60,404 bases of DNA, filler included, from Sphacelaria rigidula (GCA_964200075.2; 7 parts of 7 records of this genome joined end to end with filler, not necessarily neighbours in it); one strand, 5' to 3'; shown: positions 23,401 to 36,999, counted from the whole stretch's first letter. Notes: a model not told the origin generated them from the letters alone. Numbers and translations are program-made.

Positions 23401-24650
23401 GTCGAACGATGCGCAATATTCTTGAGTTGGCTGATGCAACTGGTCAACAACGTTTCGAAGACTCTGACTGGATCGATGGCTGCCAGACACCGCTGCATGA
23501 GGCTTTGCACCGCTAAATCAGCCGTCGACGTTGTTGCCTCTTTGACACAGATTCTCGATTCCTTCTTCGCCGCCGTGGACCAAGATCGAGCCCGTGGGCA
23601 ACCAGCACCGTAATTATTCAGCAATTTGGAAAGGCGTTTCATAGGGTACTTCGATAAGTCTGATCAGGCAGGCGCCATCAAACGCCTTAGTTCCTTCGCC
23701 ATCGCGACAGACGTGCCCTTTGCTGACTACCTTCGCGAGTTCAAGCTTTTGGTGTCGAGTGTGACTGGTACCGGGCGACAGAATGACCCTAGTGATGCCA
23801 TGTGTCACACAGACGTTCGCAATAGTATCGCTCAGCAATTTCCGACGCTGATGCCGTCTTTGTTTCCGGGCGCTTTGACGCACACAGAGGTGCCTTACGC
23901 CTCTGTAGACGCGATGTGGAATGCGTTCGTAGATCAGAAATATAATTTAACGCCTGCCATTCGTGGCGCACAGTGTTCCTCTGGGTCTTCGCAGACCTTG
24001 CGTGCCGCTTCGACGAGTACCCTCGGGCCTCGTGGACGCACTCAGACTTTATCCAATAATACTTGGACACCAAACTCTGTCGGTGGATCGGTCATGCCTG
24101 TTCGTAACAAAAGAGACCCGTTCCGTGCAAGCTTTGGTGCTTGGCCTTTTTCGGCAGACACCTTTGATGACGTTTATGTCGTTTCCACGACTGCTTTCAT
24201 CACCGATGACCCACATTTGTGGACCCCTTGCTATCGCCTTCGGCTCGCAGGGATGCTTTTCGTCGCCATGCTAACACATGCATTAACTGCAATGGTACTG
24301 GCCACAGTATCCGAGATTGTCCTGAATCTTGCATCAATATTTTTTCGCTCATGAACCCTGAACTTCAGAGCAACAGGCAGGCGTGGCGCCGATGGCAAAA
24401 ACGCATGCGCAAGTATACTCCACCTTCTCGCCACCCTCGCCAGCCTTTCCAAACTCATAGCGATTCTCGCTCAAATCGCGACCGCCGCCACACCACTAAC
24501 ACAGTCTCAGGGACTCGCCATAGAGATAGTGCTTTCCGCCCTTCTCAGTCTTCGCATGGTCATCACCAGCGAACAGGGTCGACTCACAACGACACCCACC
24601 CCAATGCCAGAAACCCTGGTTCTTTCATGACGGATCGCAACGACCCATGA
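20417..24650 (+). pseudogene. Extended gag-like ORF, interrupted by stops and frameshifts
   Basis: The frame of 20417-22015 continues through three in-frame stops into 22541-23116, then shifts through 22698-23516, 23626-24354 and 24219-24650 (CCHC knuckle). Confidence 0.65.
20660..21030 (+). repeat. 63-bp (21-aa) coding tandem repeat, about 4 good and 2 degenerate units
   Basis: DESLRARSVADRSLPKTPG(T/I)I repeated with a 63-nt period (e.g. 20761 versus 20824). Confidence 0.9.
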
Positions 24651-27299
24651 CACGCCGACGACGGCGTGAAGTCTTCGGCGCCGCCGATAGCAGAATCGAA
24701 GACTCATCCAACACACAACACCGCTCGGGTGACAACACGTTCTCACCCATCACTATTCAGAAGATCAATTAACGGCCGTTCTTCTCGACCCCCGTCTTGA
24801 TCTTCATCTACGCAGCGTAACCGTTGTGTTGACTCACAACCCAGCCCTATGCTTGGCTCCAGAATTGGTCCTTCGGAACTAAGTATAAATCTGAGGTGTG
24901 GGAAGAACGACCGTGGACTCTTGAGGCACAGGCTTCCCTCAACGACCGCACGCACCGGTTGTAGCAGACTTCTTTCACCTGGTTCTGGTGTTGATGGTTC
25001 GAAACTGACCACTGCAAACCTTTCGACTCCCGCCCGGCCTGATCGTAGTCGTTTTTCGCGACACTCTTCTTCCGCGAAACTACCCCGACATACAGCGGAC
25101 AACACTCGTCCCCTTTCACATTCAGCACTGCCCTTTGTACCGAGCTTGCCAGCGGACAGTCCACAAGTTTCGGCCGAGCATGCCCCGATGTTGACAACAT
25201 CACCTCAACTGGACGCAGTTGCAGTTTCCCAAGAAGTCTTGGAAGTTCCCAATCATTTGTCATGGCACGAGAGGAAGCCTCGTCGTCATGCCCCCACGGA
25301 AGCGCGAGCATTGACACGCCCCCCTCCCGTCAGAGGAAAATTCCGATCTCATTTTCCCCCAAAAGCGGCGACTTTGAGATCGATGACATTACCAGGCATC
25401 CCAGAGGAATCTAAATCGGACCTTTCAGACGGGACCGCATCCTCCACCGATGACCCCTGTCACACTCCGCAGCAATCTCTCTTCAACAATGATCCTTATA
25501 TTCCCAAGCCAGTGATTTACGAGATTGATCAAAATCATTATTTACGCTGCCCTTCACGATCGGATAAGCCCCCCACGATGTCTACCAATACCTTCGAACC
25601 CCCCGCGGATCACCCGCCATCCGTTTTCACGGTCAGTCCAACTAATTCTGACCAATTCACGTTATCTGAACATGGCCCTGACCTTGTTGGTGGTAAGGTG
25701 TCCGTTGATCCTGCCACCTTCACTACCCGCGTAGTATTACACTGCGGTCCTTACGCCACCGCGCGTGCTAAGTGCGTCTCGTTGTTAGACAGCGGAAGTA
25801 TATCGACATTCATCAAAGAAACCATGTGGAATNNNNNNNNNNNNNNNNNNNNNNNNNNNNNNNNNNNNNNNNNNNNTTAATTAATTAANNNNNNNNNNNN
25901 NNNNNNNNNNNNNNNNNNNNNNNNNNNNNNNNCGGAGAAAAGCAGCAGCGAGTGTACTGCTCGAATGGACAACAGGTTACTTTTTAGAGGTCCTCGGTCG
26001 GCATGAGCCTGCAAACTACAAATTCGCCTCTAGGCTGGCCCCGCTCGTACAAACTCATAAAAACCGATCCTGCACTAAAATCATGTGCAAAATTATGCAG
26101 CGTCGGAGGTGGGGTACCTTCCCTGACGTGTGTGTGGGGGCAGCATGCGATCCACAGATCCCCCGTGGTACGTAAGCGCAGAATTGAATTAAACTAAACA
26201 AAAAAATGAATGAAACGAAACTAGCTGAAAATGAAAGAAACGGAAGAAAGTGAGAAGTAATAACGAAAGAAGATGAAGCCAGGTGAAGAAATATAGTACA
26301 GTAACAGTACAGTGCTGTACAGTACAGTGCAATGTACTCTGCTCCCCCTCCCCTCCCCCCCCCCCACTGCGTTCCTTCTCTTCGTGTATGGGTGTCACTG
26401 AAGGATCAGATTCCACCAGACCTCCGGAGACCGTGACCCCTTTCTGCCGCCAGCTCTAAACTTGAACCCCTGACCGCCAGGGTCGGTTGCCTGGGTTTTG
26501 TATTCATTTTTCAAGTGAACATTATGCCGAAGCAACGTGGGATCCACCCTGGGGCTAACATCTGAAGAGACGGCACGGCGCACATGGCGGTACTGATAGA
26601 TTCAACACAACTAACACACGGAAGAGCATAATACAGCCACTCTCTCTACCTTGGATTATCTGCGCTGCTGGGCGCACAAGGCGGCAGTTCTTTTCCCCTT
26701 CATGGTTTTTCCGGCATTCAGTATACATGGATGGATGGTGAGTGATCGCGGGATTTTGAGCGTTGAAATACTCGACACAGAGCGCTTGGTTATTTTCGAG
26801 CTGGCAGTGGAGGTTCATGCAGACGAGAGAAAGTCAGCCACACGATGAGTAGTGAGAAATGACAGAGAGTACATCATGTTGCCGCACGGTAGTACTACAC
26901 TCGGCGTTGCGTGTACCGACTCTGATTGAAATTGTGACCCAATTTACCACGGTCGGGGTGGCCATGCGGCACTGACCAGCCGCACGTGTTCTTGCCATTA
27001 TCCCAGGGTGCGCATGAATGTCGATGGTGCGCACCCCGGTGGTACGTGAAAAAACTTTTGAAAGTCACCGACTACAAACCAATGATGAAAATCGCTCGTT
27101 TGAGATGATAAAAAGTACTATACCGCACCGGCTAGCTGTATTTCGCAGTGCGGTCATGACAAATCAACCATAGATAACATGGGCACGTATACATTGTGCT
27201 TTTTTACTCTGCTCGTGGTCTGTGCCGCTTGCGTGATCCCCCTTGTGTTGCCAGCACAGCTTCGCGCTGTCGGTAGTGTTGTTGTGCAACACTAAGCAA

Positions 27300-30200
27300 A
27301 GACATCAGCAGCCCAACTGAAGTGCCCAGTACAGCACAGCACGGTACAACACAGAACGGTGTAGTGCAGCAATATGGTGTTGCCTTCTCTCTAACTACGC
27401 GTAGCGTGGTGGACCTCCGTTTGTCTGAGTGACCTCCCACCGGCACCTCGGAAATCCAAAAAAAGGCCGCATCTGCTTTCGCAACTTTAATTGATTCATT
27501 GTCACGGCAAACGGTTTTACAGACAATGCGGCGCACCTTACATGACACTTTGGATCCAGTTCATTCCCGCTCTCTACCTCGGGTTTTATGTCCGGTTGGG
27601 TACACTGGCGGCAGCTGCTTTCTTAACATAGCTTGTCGAAGTTCATAGTGCATGGAAAGCAAGCGAGCTGTAGTTCTACGCCCAAGATCAGACGGCTACG
27701 TGGTCTCTTCCTGTCCTGGGCACGTAGAGTTCAGCACTTTCAGTTGTTCTTATATTAACCCTTTTCTCTGCACTATATCAGAGAGCAACATCCCAGCTCC
27801 TTCTCCCACCGAGTGTGAGAGTAAGCAAAGAGCTTCAGACAATCAAAGTGAAGCACTCATGGAGTCCACCGGTTATACTCGCAGACGCGCGATCCATGAA
27901 GCAGCCATAAATGTGCCAACTACACGTTGCCCCAACTTCATTTGTGTACCTAACCTGGGAAACAATGGTGGCCCGAGTCTACAGCACCTTCACAGCTCGC
28001 TTGCTCTCAAAAAGCAGTCAACACCATTGTTGCCTAGTCGTTCTGTCATTTTCCATCGATTGATTATCTCACATTAGATGACTGCAACAATCCAGCCCGT
28101 GGTCGGGAGCAGCAAAAAAAGAGCAAGATAAAAAATAAAGGAAATAGACACAGAAAAACAGAAACAACAGCCACAGAAGGGAAAGAATCAAGTAAGCAGC
28201 AGCAATAACAACACATACAACACAAACAACACAAACAAAAACAACACAATGAGATGAATGTCTCTCATAACGTGGCTGATTGCAACAATCCAGCTCGTGA
28301 TCAGAAACAGAAGAAAAAAAATGGAGAAAAATGGAAGAGATGGAAAAATAAAAGAATGAAACGCGAAGAAAGGAATACAAAAGACAAAAAAGACAACCAG
28401 GCTCGTTTCCGGGGGGTATGAGGGGGAGGGAGTAGCACAGACCAAACAAAAAAAACAGACAAGGATATGGAATCACAATCCCTGCCGCTGTGTACGATAA
28501 CAGTGTACACGCTTGTCCAATTTCTAAATATCTCCCAAAAGACCTCAAACATGCATCATGAATACGCAATCCCGCGGTAGTCCCAAGTCTTGGACCACTC
28601 CGAGTCGCTGACGAGCAATAGCTGACGCCGAATCCTCAGATATTTGCCCGAGGCAAGTGTCTTGACTCCGAACAGGCAAAGAAAAAGTGAAACGTCAACG
28701 AGCGTCAGATTCCAAAGCATTCGTTACCATTTAGTCTTTTTCAGTAGAGACAAGGTACCTCCCAGCACAGAATGTGGACGTTCATACGTTCACCGAAGTG
28801 CAACAGCCCAACGATACATCATCTTGAAACTATTTTAGAATCATTCAAGTATCTGACACGTCTAAGACGCATCTGGGCTCTTGCTTGTTCAACTCCGTGA
28901 AAAAGTATGCATCGCACACCCCTCCTTCGTGAGAGCTTCAAAGCTTGATCCGGTCAATCAGTTCCTGAAGATAATGAAAGAAAAGCCATGATGACTCAAA
29001 CCGCTATTCAAGCCCTGCATACCAATCCAATAACGGCAAAAGGACCTCGACCTCCGCCATCATTGACCACCCGTAGTGATGTCACTCGCAAACTCGATTT
29101 ACCGAGTACACACCAGAACACACCCAGATATAGTATCCCACTTGGATTCAAAACCGTGATATCCCATTCGTCTGTCAATCGAGATGTAAAATTCGATTCA
29201 TGTCTTCACAGACTTGCAGCTCACCAACACCGCTCCTTTCAAACAAATGGACACACCATCCACACGATCCTTTCAGTCAGAAGCGAAACACCATCCACGT
29301 GCTCGTCCATACACGGAACACTCCATCCAAAGACGTGCCACGTCAAAGATCATTCATGCATGCAGGCATCATTCTTTATCTTCAAGCACTAGAAACGCTC
29401 GCATTATGCCTGCTCATATACGAGCATGTGCATTTTGTAGTTTCCGCTATCGTGACGCCAACATCAGCACTTCGATATCTCCTGCAACCAGTATGCGCAA
29501 ACCGCACAAATGATATTCACGCTGCGTTTCTGTGCGATCAGGGGTATATGAACTTCACCTCATCCAGCAGTATTTTGGAAACCGCCACACCCTGACTCTT
29601 CGTCAGACGCATGCACATCAGTAGCATATTGTAGGAAAAAATCCAAACATGCATGTCAGCATTTTACCCAGCACATGCAATGCGACCTTCCTCGAAGATA
29701 CCACCATGCGTCATGTGTGCCAACCAAAGCAACACAACACACAGACCCCAAACATCCACGTGCACGCCAGTACTTCACCCAGCACATGCGGCACGATCAT
29801 ACTCGCATAGCCAACATGCGCCATGCGCAAACAATAGCACAAACATGACGGAAACCTTACAACAAGCTGCCATCGTACACAAAACGATAAAAAAACACCA
29901 GTCATAATGTGTTTCCTCATTCTCAACAAGCACTCAATCACCCCGGCACTTGCATCCGCAATGTCGCCCAACCCGGCTCTCACCACAACAGCAAGCACCT
30001 CAGGTAACCCCTTTCTTGTAGTACTCCAACCCGCTTCTGAGAAACTCCAGCACTGGAACCACAACCTCGTGCACACCATGGAGCAGTGTTTCAAGGGCAG
30101 GTCGAGTAGAGTATACTCAAGTGCGGGGCATTTTAAAACACTCATTTGAGGTACTCAAAATAGGGTAGACTGTTAGGAATCGTACCCAAAAAATGACTGG

Positions 30201-33200
30201 AAAGCGATCCCTAAAACCCTACCCTTAATTTCTGTACTTCAAGTACGACTTTCAAAATACCCCGCAATTGAGTATACTCTACTCGACCTACCCTTGCAAT
30301 GTTTCCACTCGAACACTCGCTCATCGCACCTGCTACAGATCGCACCCCCACAGTGCCGCCCAGCTCGCCACCAAGTGGTACGCCCGCACCGCCGAACCAA
30401 TGCGACAAATCATCTGTCCCTGCAGACACTTGCACATTACACAACACTTGTTCTTCAGTCGTTTTCACAGAGGTAACGAGACGCAAAGCCAGAACAGCCA
30501 CGCAGTCCCGCACAACAACACCTCCCAATGGCATTTCACCATCCTCCTCAACCGCACGACTGCGCAACATCAGAGACACCTCCGTCATCGCCGCGAAACA
30601 CACCAAAGCTGTCCATGTTTACAGCAGTGCATACGACCACCCCAACAACGCGCAACGCTCGACGCTGCCGTGGGTAATTGTGATCGCTGATAGCATCACA
30701 AGCCTGAAATGATCTGCCTACCTGCTTCACGCGGGTCATGCTTCCCTGCTGCTTGGAGCATGCAAGGGGCATCCCCAGCTACACGATGGTCTTCGACCGA
30801 AACCCAGTCCAGCGAATCTACATCTCCCAACTCGGCATCAACTTCTCCTTTAAGCAGATACCACTGCAAATCATCTGAACAATCTCCCGCCGTATCACCG
30901 GAGCAAATAGATTCGCCATGGGCATCGCAAACCCCCAGCTCGCTGTGCTTACTCGCATCACGCAGATTGCGCCCCCCTGCAGCCTTTTCACCTCGATCAA
31001 TAGTACCAGCAGTAGCCAACCAGCTCCTACTACTGCACTCTCAGCGGGCGCGCTTTCGTGCCTGTCTCCACTGACAGACATGTGCTGTGTCACCTTCTCT
31101 CCCTTCACAGTACAGACAGCGACCTCGCGTCGTTTCTTTAGACTCGGGGATGCTCCTACTTCCATACTCTCAACCGGCGCGTTGTTGTCTTGCCCTTCGG
31201 ACGGGTACATGCTGTGTCACCATCTCGCTCGTCACAGTGCAGGCAGCTGCCCCATATTGTTCCTCAGACGCGGGTACGCTCCAACTACTGCACTCAGCGG
31301 GCGCACTGTCGTGCCTGTCCCTTCGGAGGGACACATGCTGCATGCCCTTTTCGCCCTCCGCAGTGCAAGCAGCTACCCGGTATCCTTGCTTTAGATGCGG
31401 GCACGGCGTGTGCATTCGGGGGCGGCGAGCATCCCGACCACCACTATTTGTGGTTCCAGCGCCGTACACCACACCCGAAGACGCGTGCTTACGCAACGTG
31501 AATAGCAATTGCTCGTGCTCAACATCACGAGCATGATTCAAGAACGTGGTACACAGACATCTGTGGATACGCATGTGCATGAGGTCGGAAATCGCTGGCA
31601 CTTCAAGAACGTTCCAGCCTGTCCCACGCGCGTTCAGGTCGTGTACCTCAGGCACATAGTCCTTATACTGCAATAAGAACTCGGCGGATTTCTCCCTAGA
31701 GAACATGCGACCATAGTATGGCACATCCAGCACCCGTACACGGACAGCACGGCCGTCGATAACGACATCTTGCTGCGGCACACGGGAATCACGACCATCG
31801 ATGGCGATATATTGCTGCACCTCGTGAATTTGAACAGTCGAAGAAGCTTTGCCGCTACCTTCACGCTTCTCTCCAGGCACCGAGCCACCACGACATGCGT
31901 GCATCATGGACAATCGCGTTGCAGCACCTCGATAGCTTGTCCAGAAAACCGGTATTACTTCCCAATTGCAGAATAATCTCTTCCCGCACACCAAGACGCG
32001 CTTGCCACCATACGATGACGACCACAGCGCCTGTTCCTCACGCAGTTCTCACCACGTGTTGAAGTCCTTAGGGTCCTCTGCTTGACCGCCGCTGGCCAAA
32101 CTTGAACCAGCCCTCGCGCTATCTTCCCGTCTCGCGCACGCATTAATTGCGCCGTTTTTTTTCTACAGGCTATCGGGCAAGCCAGCTGTTGATCAACCCC
32201 CCGCGCCTTGCGCGCGAACGATACCGCAGCCCGCCCTAGCACTGCCTCAGAATTTCCTTAGCTCTGCTCCAGCCAGCCCCTCTCGACGTAGACACGCTTT
32301 GAGCTGATGTTGTTTGCTGCTAGCCGATCAGGTCTGCTGACTTACCCCTGTCCTGATGTGTCAGCCATTTTTCAGCGGACCAAATAAACGTTTATGTTAA
32401 AGTTCTGTACTCAAGACCGGGCAGCTACGTGAACTCCTCCTGTCATGGGCACGTATACTTCAGCACTTTCAGTTCTTCATATACTCACTCTTGTCTGTTC
32501 ATTGTACCAGAGAGCGGTATCCCAGCTCTTTCTCCCACGGAGTGAGCAAGCAAAAATCTTCAGACAACCGAGATGAAGCAGTCACGGAGTCCACCGATCA
32601 TCCTCGCAAGCCCACGATCTATCAACCAGCAATGGACGTGCCTCCTGTACATTGTCCTGGCTGCGTTCGTGCACCTAAACTCGGTAACAATGGTGGCCCG
32701 AGTCTACAGAGCATAGAATTTCGTTTTTGATTTCATTTTTCCCTTGCGGTTTTGGTGCACTATAATGCGGGGAAATGCAAGTGACTTTGCTGACCAGGTT
32801 TTGAACACCGTGCCCAAACGATTATGAAATAGTAAACTAATCTATGTGGATACGTGGCGTATGGGACTCAAACGACCTATCGAAAACCTCAGTCAGTAAT
32901 TGGGCAGCTTTCCGCTGCAGAGTATATCAGAGCCCCTAAACAGTGCAGTAAATCACTGTCCCGATGCCTCAGAGAACTCGGTTTAGATGTTGATACCGCT
33001 TGGGCACGTGCAGGTGTTGGAAATCTGGCTGGCGAAGTCACTCACGTTTTCCCACATTCACGTGTGCCAAATCCGCACGGGGATGTGAAACCAAGGGAGA
33101 ACTCATGCTTGCTTGCTTCCGATGCACTATGAAGTTCGACAAACAATGTACAGGAAGAGCTGCTTTTCGTGTACCAAACCGGACAGAGAACCCGAGGTAG

Positions 33201-33950
33201 AGAGCGGGGCATGTACTGGACTAACTGTCATATCAGTTGTGCCGTACTATCTGTAAAAAATCCATTCCCCATGATGGAGCAGCTTAGATCTTCGAACATA
33301 GATAGGGTATTTTTTGGATTTTCGACCTGCCGGTGGAAGGTCCCTCGACACACGAAAGCCGACCATGCTACGCGTAGTGAGAGATAGCGACCACAGCACA
33401 CCATATTACTGCACCAAATCGTACGGTACTGTACTGTACTGCACTTGGCGCTTTGTGGTGTTAGATGTGGCATACGGTCTGTTGAACATCCGTTCGCCGT
33501 GATGATGGGCCAACTCAGATTTTCGACAGCAGCAGACGGAATATTTTTAGGATTTTCGAGCCGCCAGTGGGAAATCACTCAGGCAGATGAGGGTAGATCA
33601 CGCTACGCGTAGTCAGAGAGGAGACAGCTCCACATCACCCACATAGTACGTACTGTATCGTACTGTTCTGTGTATGGCGCTCTAGTTGGGCTTGCTCGGT
33701 CTATATTGTCATGTTAGTTGTGCCGTACTGTCAGTAAATCATGCGTTCGCCGTGATAATGGATCAGCTTTGATTTTCGGATTTTGGATTTATGAGCTGCC
33801 ATCGGGCGGTTACGTGGACTAACGGAAGTCGACCATACGGCGTACAGCGAGAGAAAACACATGATGTTCCTGCACTGCACAGTGCTGTACTGTGTTTCAG
33901 TTGTGCTGCGTGCATCCGTACCGTAATGTATGCCGTGCTCTGTAAACCAT
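27300..33950. mobile_element. Fold-back (long inverted repeat) element interrupted by an LTR retrotransposon; outer boundaries approximate
   Basis: 27300-27668 plus 32709-32820 is the reverse complement of about 33000-33470. The right arm continues as roughly 240-bp tandem subrepeats. Confidence 0.7.
27669..32708 (-). mobile_element. Old, internally decayed LTR retrotransposon (probably Ty3/gypsy-like) with both LTRs
   Basis: Diverged direct repeats at 27669-27983 and about 32395-32708 with TG...CA ends; 4-bp TSD gagc (27665-27668 and 32709-32712); TGG-starting PBS candidate on the minus strand near 32382; degenerate zinc knuckles at 31023-31400. Confidence 0.8.
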
Positions 33951-34247
33951 CCGTCCGATTTGTTAAGGCAGCTGCTTTTTTCAGCCTGCGCCTACTTTCG
34001 ATTACTCGTGTAAATGAAGCCGCTGAGCTTTCGTCCATGAAACTAGCAAAAGATGTGTGTCCCCCGAAATCATGGGAGCTTCTCTGTATAGCCATGGTTG
34101 ATTGACGAACACGGGCTAGTGGTGAAAGCAGAGGTATCTCCTCCGATACCTTCTGATTCATGGTGTGAACGTTTTGCTGAGTGAGGATTCCTGTCTCTCT
34201 GTGCCTCTCTGTATCTTTCTGTATCTCTCGCTCTGCGTCTTTCGCAG

Positions 34248-34304
34248 GTGCAGAGAAAAGATGGGAGCGATGAGCTCGAGCTAGTCGTAGACGAACTCTT
34301 GGAG
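34248..34304 (+). CDS. Candidate 57-bp exon of an unknown gene (possible upstream exon ending at 34096)
   Basis: Long polypyrimidine tract plus CGCAG acceptor, GAG|GTGAGT donor, open frame VQRKDGSDELELVVDELLE. No recognisable homology. Confidence 0.4.
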
Positions 34305-34591
34305 GTGAGTACCGGTTTTGTCTTTGAAGTTCTGGACACGTGAGCATGTCGATGGAATACCGTGTCGAGTTTCAGCTCTTTCAACAGCGTTGCTGTCCAT
34401 TTTCATCGATCACAGTACGCCACCTGCAAGCTTTGTCGCACGAGTCATCCTACGATGGGGGGGGGGGGGGGGATTNNNNNNNNNNNNNNNNNNNNNNNNN
34501 NNNNNNNNNNNNNNNNNNNTTAATTAATTAANNNNNNNNNNNNNNNNNNNNNNNNNNNNNNNNNNNNNNNNNNNNAAACCAACAAAATGAG

Positions 34592-34865
34592 GACAATTCA
34601 TAATATAGCCCCCCCCACCAAAAAAAAAAAAAAAAAAAGGGCATGGTTTTGGGAGGCAAAATATTCACGTAAATCGAAATGGGAAAAGCTGAGCACAACG
34701 AGCAGCTGGGAATTCCCACGCTTGGGCTCGTCCTCGCCAATGTTGCCAATATGAGACGCTTCATGCAGTCTGAACCCAAACATCAGGCGCTGTATGGCCA
34801 TTTTTTTCGTGACACTTCTGGGCTGGTTTTTTTTTGGGGGGGGGGGGGCTATCGTAGAAAGTTTC
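34592..34865 (-). mobile_element. MITE family 'GAC' copy 2 (inverted, degenerate ends)
   Basis: Reverse-complement homology to 13694-13956 and 47493-47750. TSD not recognisable. Confidence 0.75.
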
Positions 34866-36395
34866 CAGGTGGGATGGCTCGTGACCGCACTTTCATGGCC
34901 TTGCGAGTAGGGACACGGACTGGTGGTTTTCAGCGACGTCCTCGGTGTGATTCATCATATCGCAAACTTTCAGTATGTTTGTGTCCGCGGTTGGCGTGCA
35001 CTACAGCGCACGATTCGGGGATTCAATTTCCGTCCTATGCTTTTGTTAGTTCTATCATGACATGTAATGTGACCAATTAGAAAACTGCGAGTTCCTTTTA
35101 TTTCTGTCTGCGCACGCGATTTGTATGAGGGAACCATTATGGTACTACTGTGTACTTGCTTCTTCCGTCCATCCGAAGTTTTACGAAAGACTGGTTGACA
35201 CTTTTCTGTACGTCATGCTCCTTGCTTCCCGGGATTTATGGCTCTGTGGGAACGTATTTCCCGCTTGTTATGTTCCTCGACCCGTTGGCTGGTTGGAAAG
35301 AATTGTGGAGCGCCATCAGCGAAGGATACTCTAATGGAATCATGTCATGGCAAAACGGCACCAAACCAACTTTTTTATTGTTTTCCCCCGCAACAACAAA
35401 CGACGTTCATGGGTACTATGAGGTACAGCTACGCACCCTCTCACTATGCGCATTTGTGTGGGGCGAAAACAAAGTGCAAGTCAACAAATGGTCGAGGTAT
35501 CGAAAAGCAAATCGTCAGTGCATAGACGCCACCACTACCATATAAATGTTGATGAGTGATGCTACGGTAGGGGTGCACAAATATTTTCTGGGGTTAAAAT
35601 TGTTAAGAGCCCTTCATCTCATGCCAGACACGACCTATGAAAATATGTGAAAGTNNNNNNNNNNCAATGTGCTGGCGGTATCCCGAATGAATTCGCAACC
35701 GGGGATGCCCTGACCCATATTTTTGTGCATCTAGAATCGTTAGGAGCCCCTGAACTGGACATAATTTCGCGAGAAAAGTGCACCCCTGCTGTAGCATTGC
35801 TCTGAATGATTGATTGTTGCACATCAACTGCTGCCCTGGGGGTCCAGCCGTGTTCACAGGATGGACGTGCGTATAATGCCAAGGGAAACATAAATACAGA
35901 AACGGTCGCTGAATGGAACTAGAGAACGGGGGAGGATGAATGAATCGTGTGGCTGTCATCAACCCCCCTCCCCTCCCCCACGAAACTGTGATTTGAACCT
36001 TGGTTCGTTTCAGCACTCTTCTCGTACTTCCTGTACGTCGGGAATCTAACCCACGCTTCTCTCCATCCTAGTGGTGGCAGTCGGACCATAAGACCAGTAG
36101 GGCGCGGCGGTAGTCATTGTTTTCTTGGTATGAGTTAATCGGTGATGATGGCACAATGATACTTGCATCTTCACGTAAACATTTTGTGTACGGCCTCCTC
36201 CGTACCCCTAAGTCATGCTGCTTGGGACGCCTACTCATTTTTTGGTTCCAGCAGGGCCGTGTTGACGAGGGATTGGGTCTGACAAATTTTGACATTTTTT
36301 TTACGGGAATGAACGGAGGTCGAAATTGTTCAGCATAAAAATCAACATGGGATTTCACAACTTATTGCGTATCACTTTATTTTAGGGTAAGCAAT

Positions 36396-36707
36396 GGAGC
36401 CGCCGCGCTCCGGTGGTGTAATAGCCCGACTGCTGCTGCCGTTAGGGTGAAGAGAACGAGAGTTGTTCGGTTCTCGATGCGTTGAGTTTTTCCCTCGTAA
36501 TATCTAGTTTTCACCCTGGAAAGCGTGAGAACGTGGGTAAACAAAGTAGTCGACTGGGTTAGTTTGACGTGAGTTGACACGGTGCGGGAGTGCTGATCCA
36601 AACCGCGAGACCAACTGCAAGGCGTGTACCGGGGAAGAGATGAGATAGTCCCCTGAGACCACGGACTCGTCCCAAGGAAGGGGAGGGGTTCAAAGTGCGA
36701 CAAAAAA
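36396..36707 (+). mobile_element. SINE family B copy
   Basis: Head ccggtggtgtaata (A box), tail aggggaggggttcaaagtgcgacaaaaaa; homologous to 49365-49715. Confidence 0.8.
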
Positions 36708-36756
36708 GGGTCAGGCCACACATCACGGCCGGAGTGTACATTTTCATTTCTTCTTC

Positions 36757-36949
36757 CAAATATTTCACACCCTGGACAATATATGGCCAATAGATGCAAA
36801 AGACGAGGAATGTACTGCATAATGTATAGACCTATTACAACTACAGTATTGCCGGCCGACAATAGTCGCAATAGGCCAACACATTATCTAGTACGTTTCT
36901 TGTCTATTGCAACCATTGACCATATATTGTCCAAGGTGTGAAATATTTG
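36757..36949. repeat. 193-bp near-palindromic hairpin (MITE-like)
   Basis: caaatatttcacaccctggacaatatatgg pairs with ccatatattgtccaaggtgtgaaatatttg, and pairing continues inward to a ccggccg centre. Confidence 0.85.
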
Positions 36950-36999
36950 AATGCTTCATGAAGGTTCCCGAGGCCCATCCTCAAAAAAATCATCGTTAA

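Larger units (their letters stand above)
19878..25832 (+). mobile_element. Ty3/gypsy-like LTR retrotransposon, 5' part (LTR, PBS, long decayed gag, start of protease)
   Basis: Putative LTR TGTCAT...ATCACA (19878-20451) followed by TGGTGTCG (PBS-like, 20453). Gag capsid-like FADYLREFKLLV, knuckle CINCNGTGHSIRDC, aspartic protease LLDSGSISTFI. RT and integrase lie beyond the linker, so the superfamily is inferred. Confidence 0.8.

Noticed and set aside
26395..26800. Two possible minus-strand terminal exons
   Set aside because: Phase-compatible, but with a weak donor (GTAGAG), no start context and no homology.
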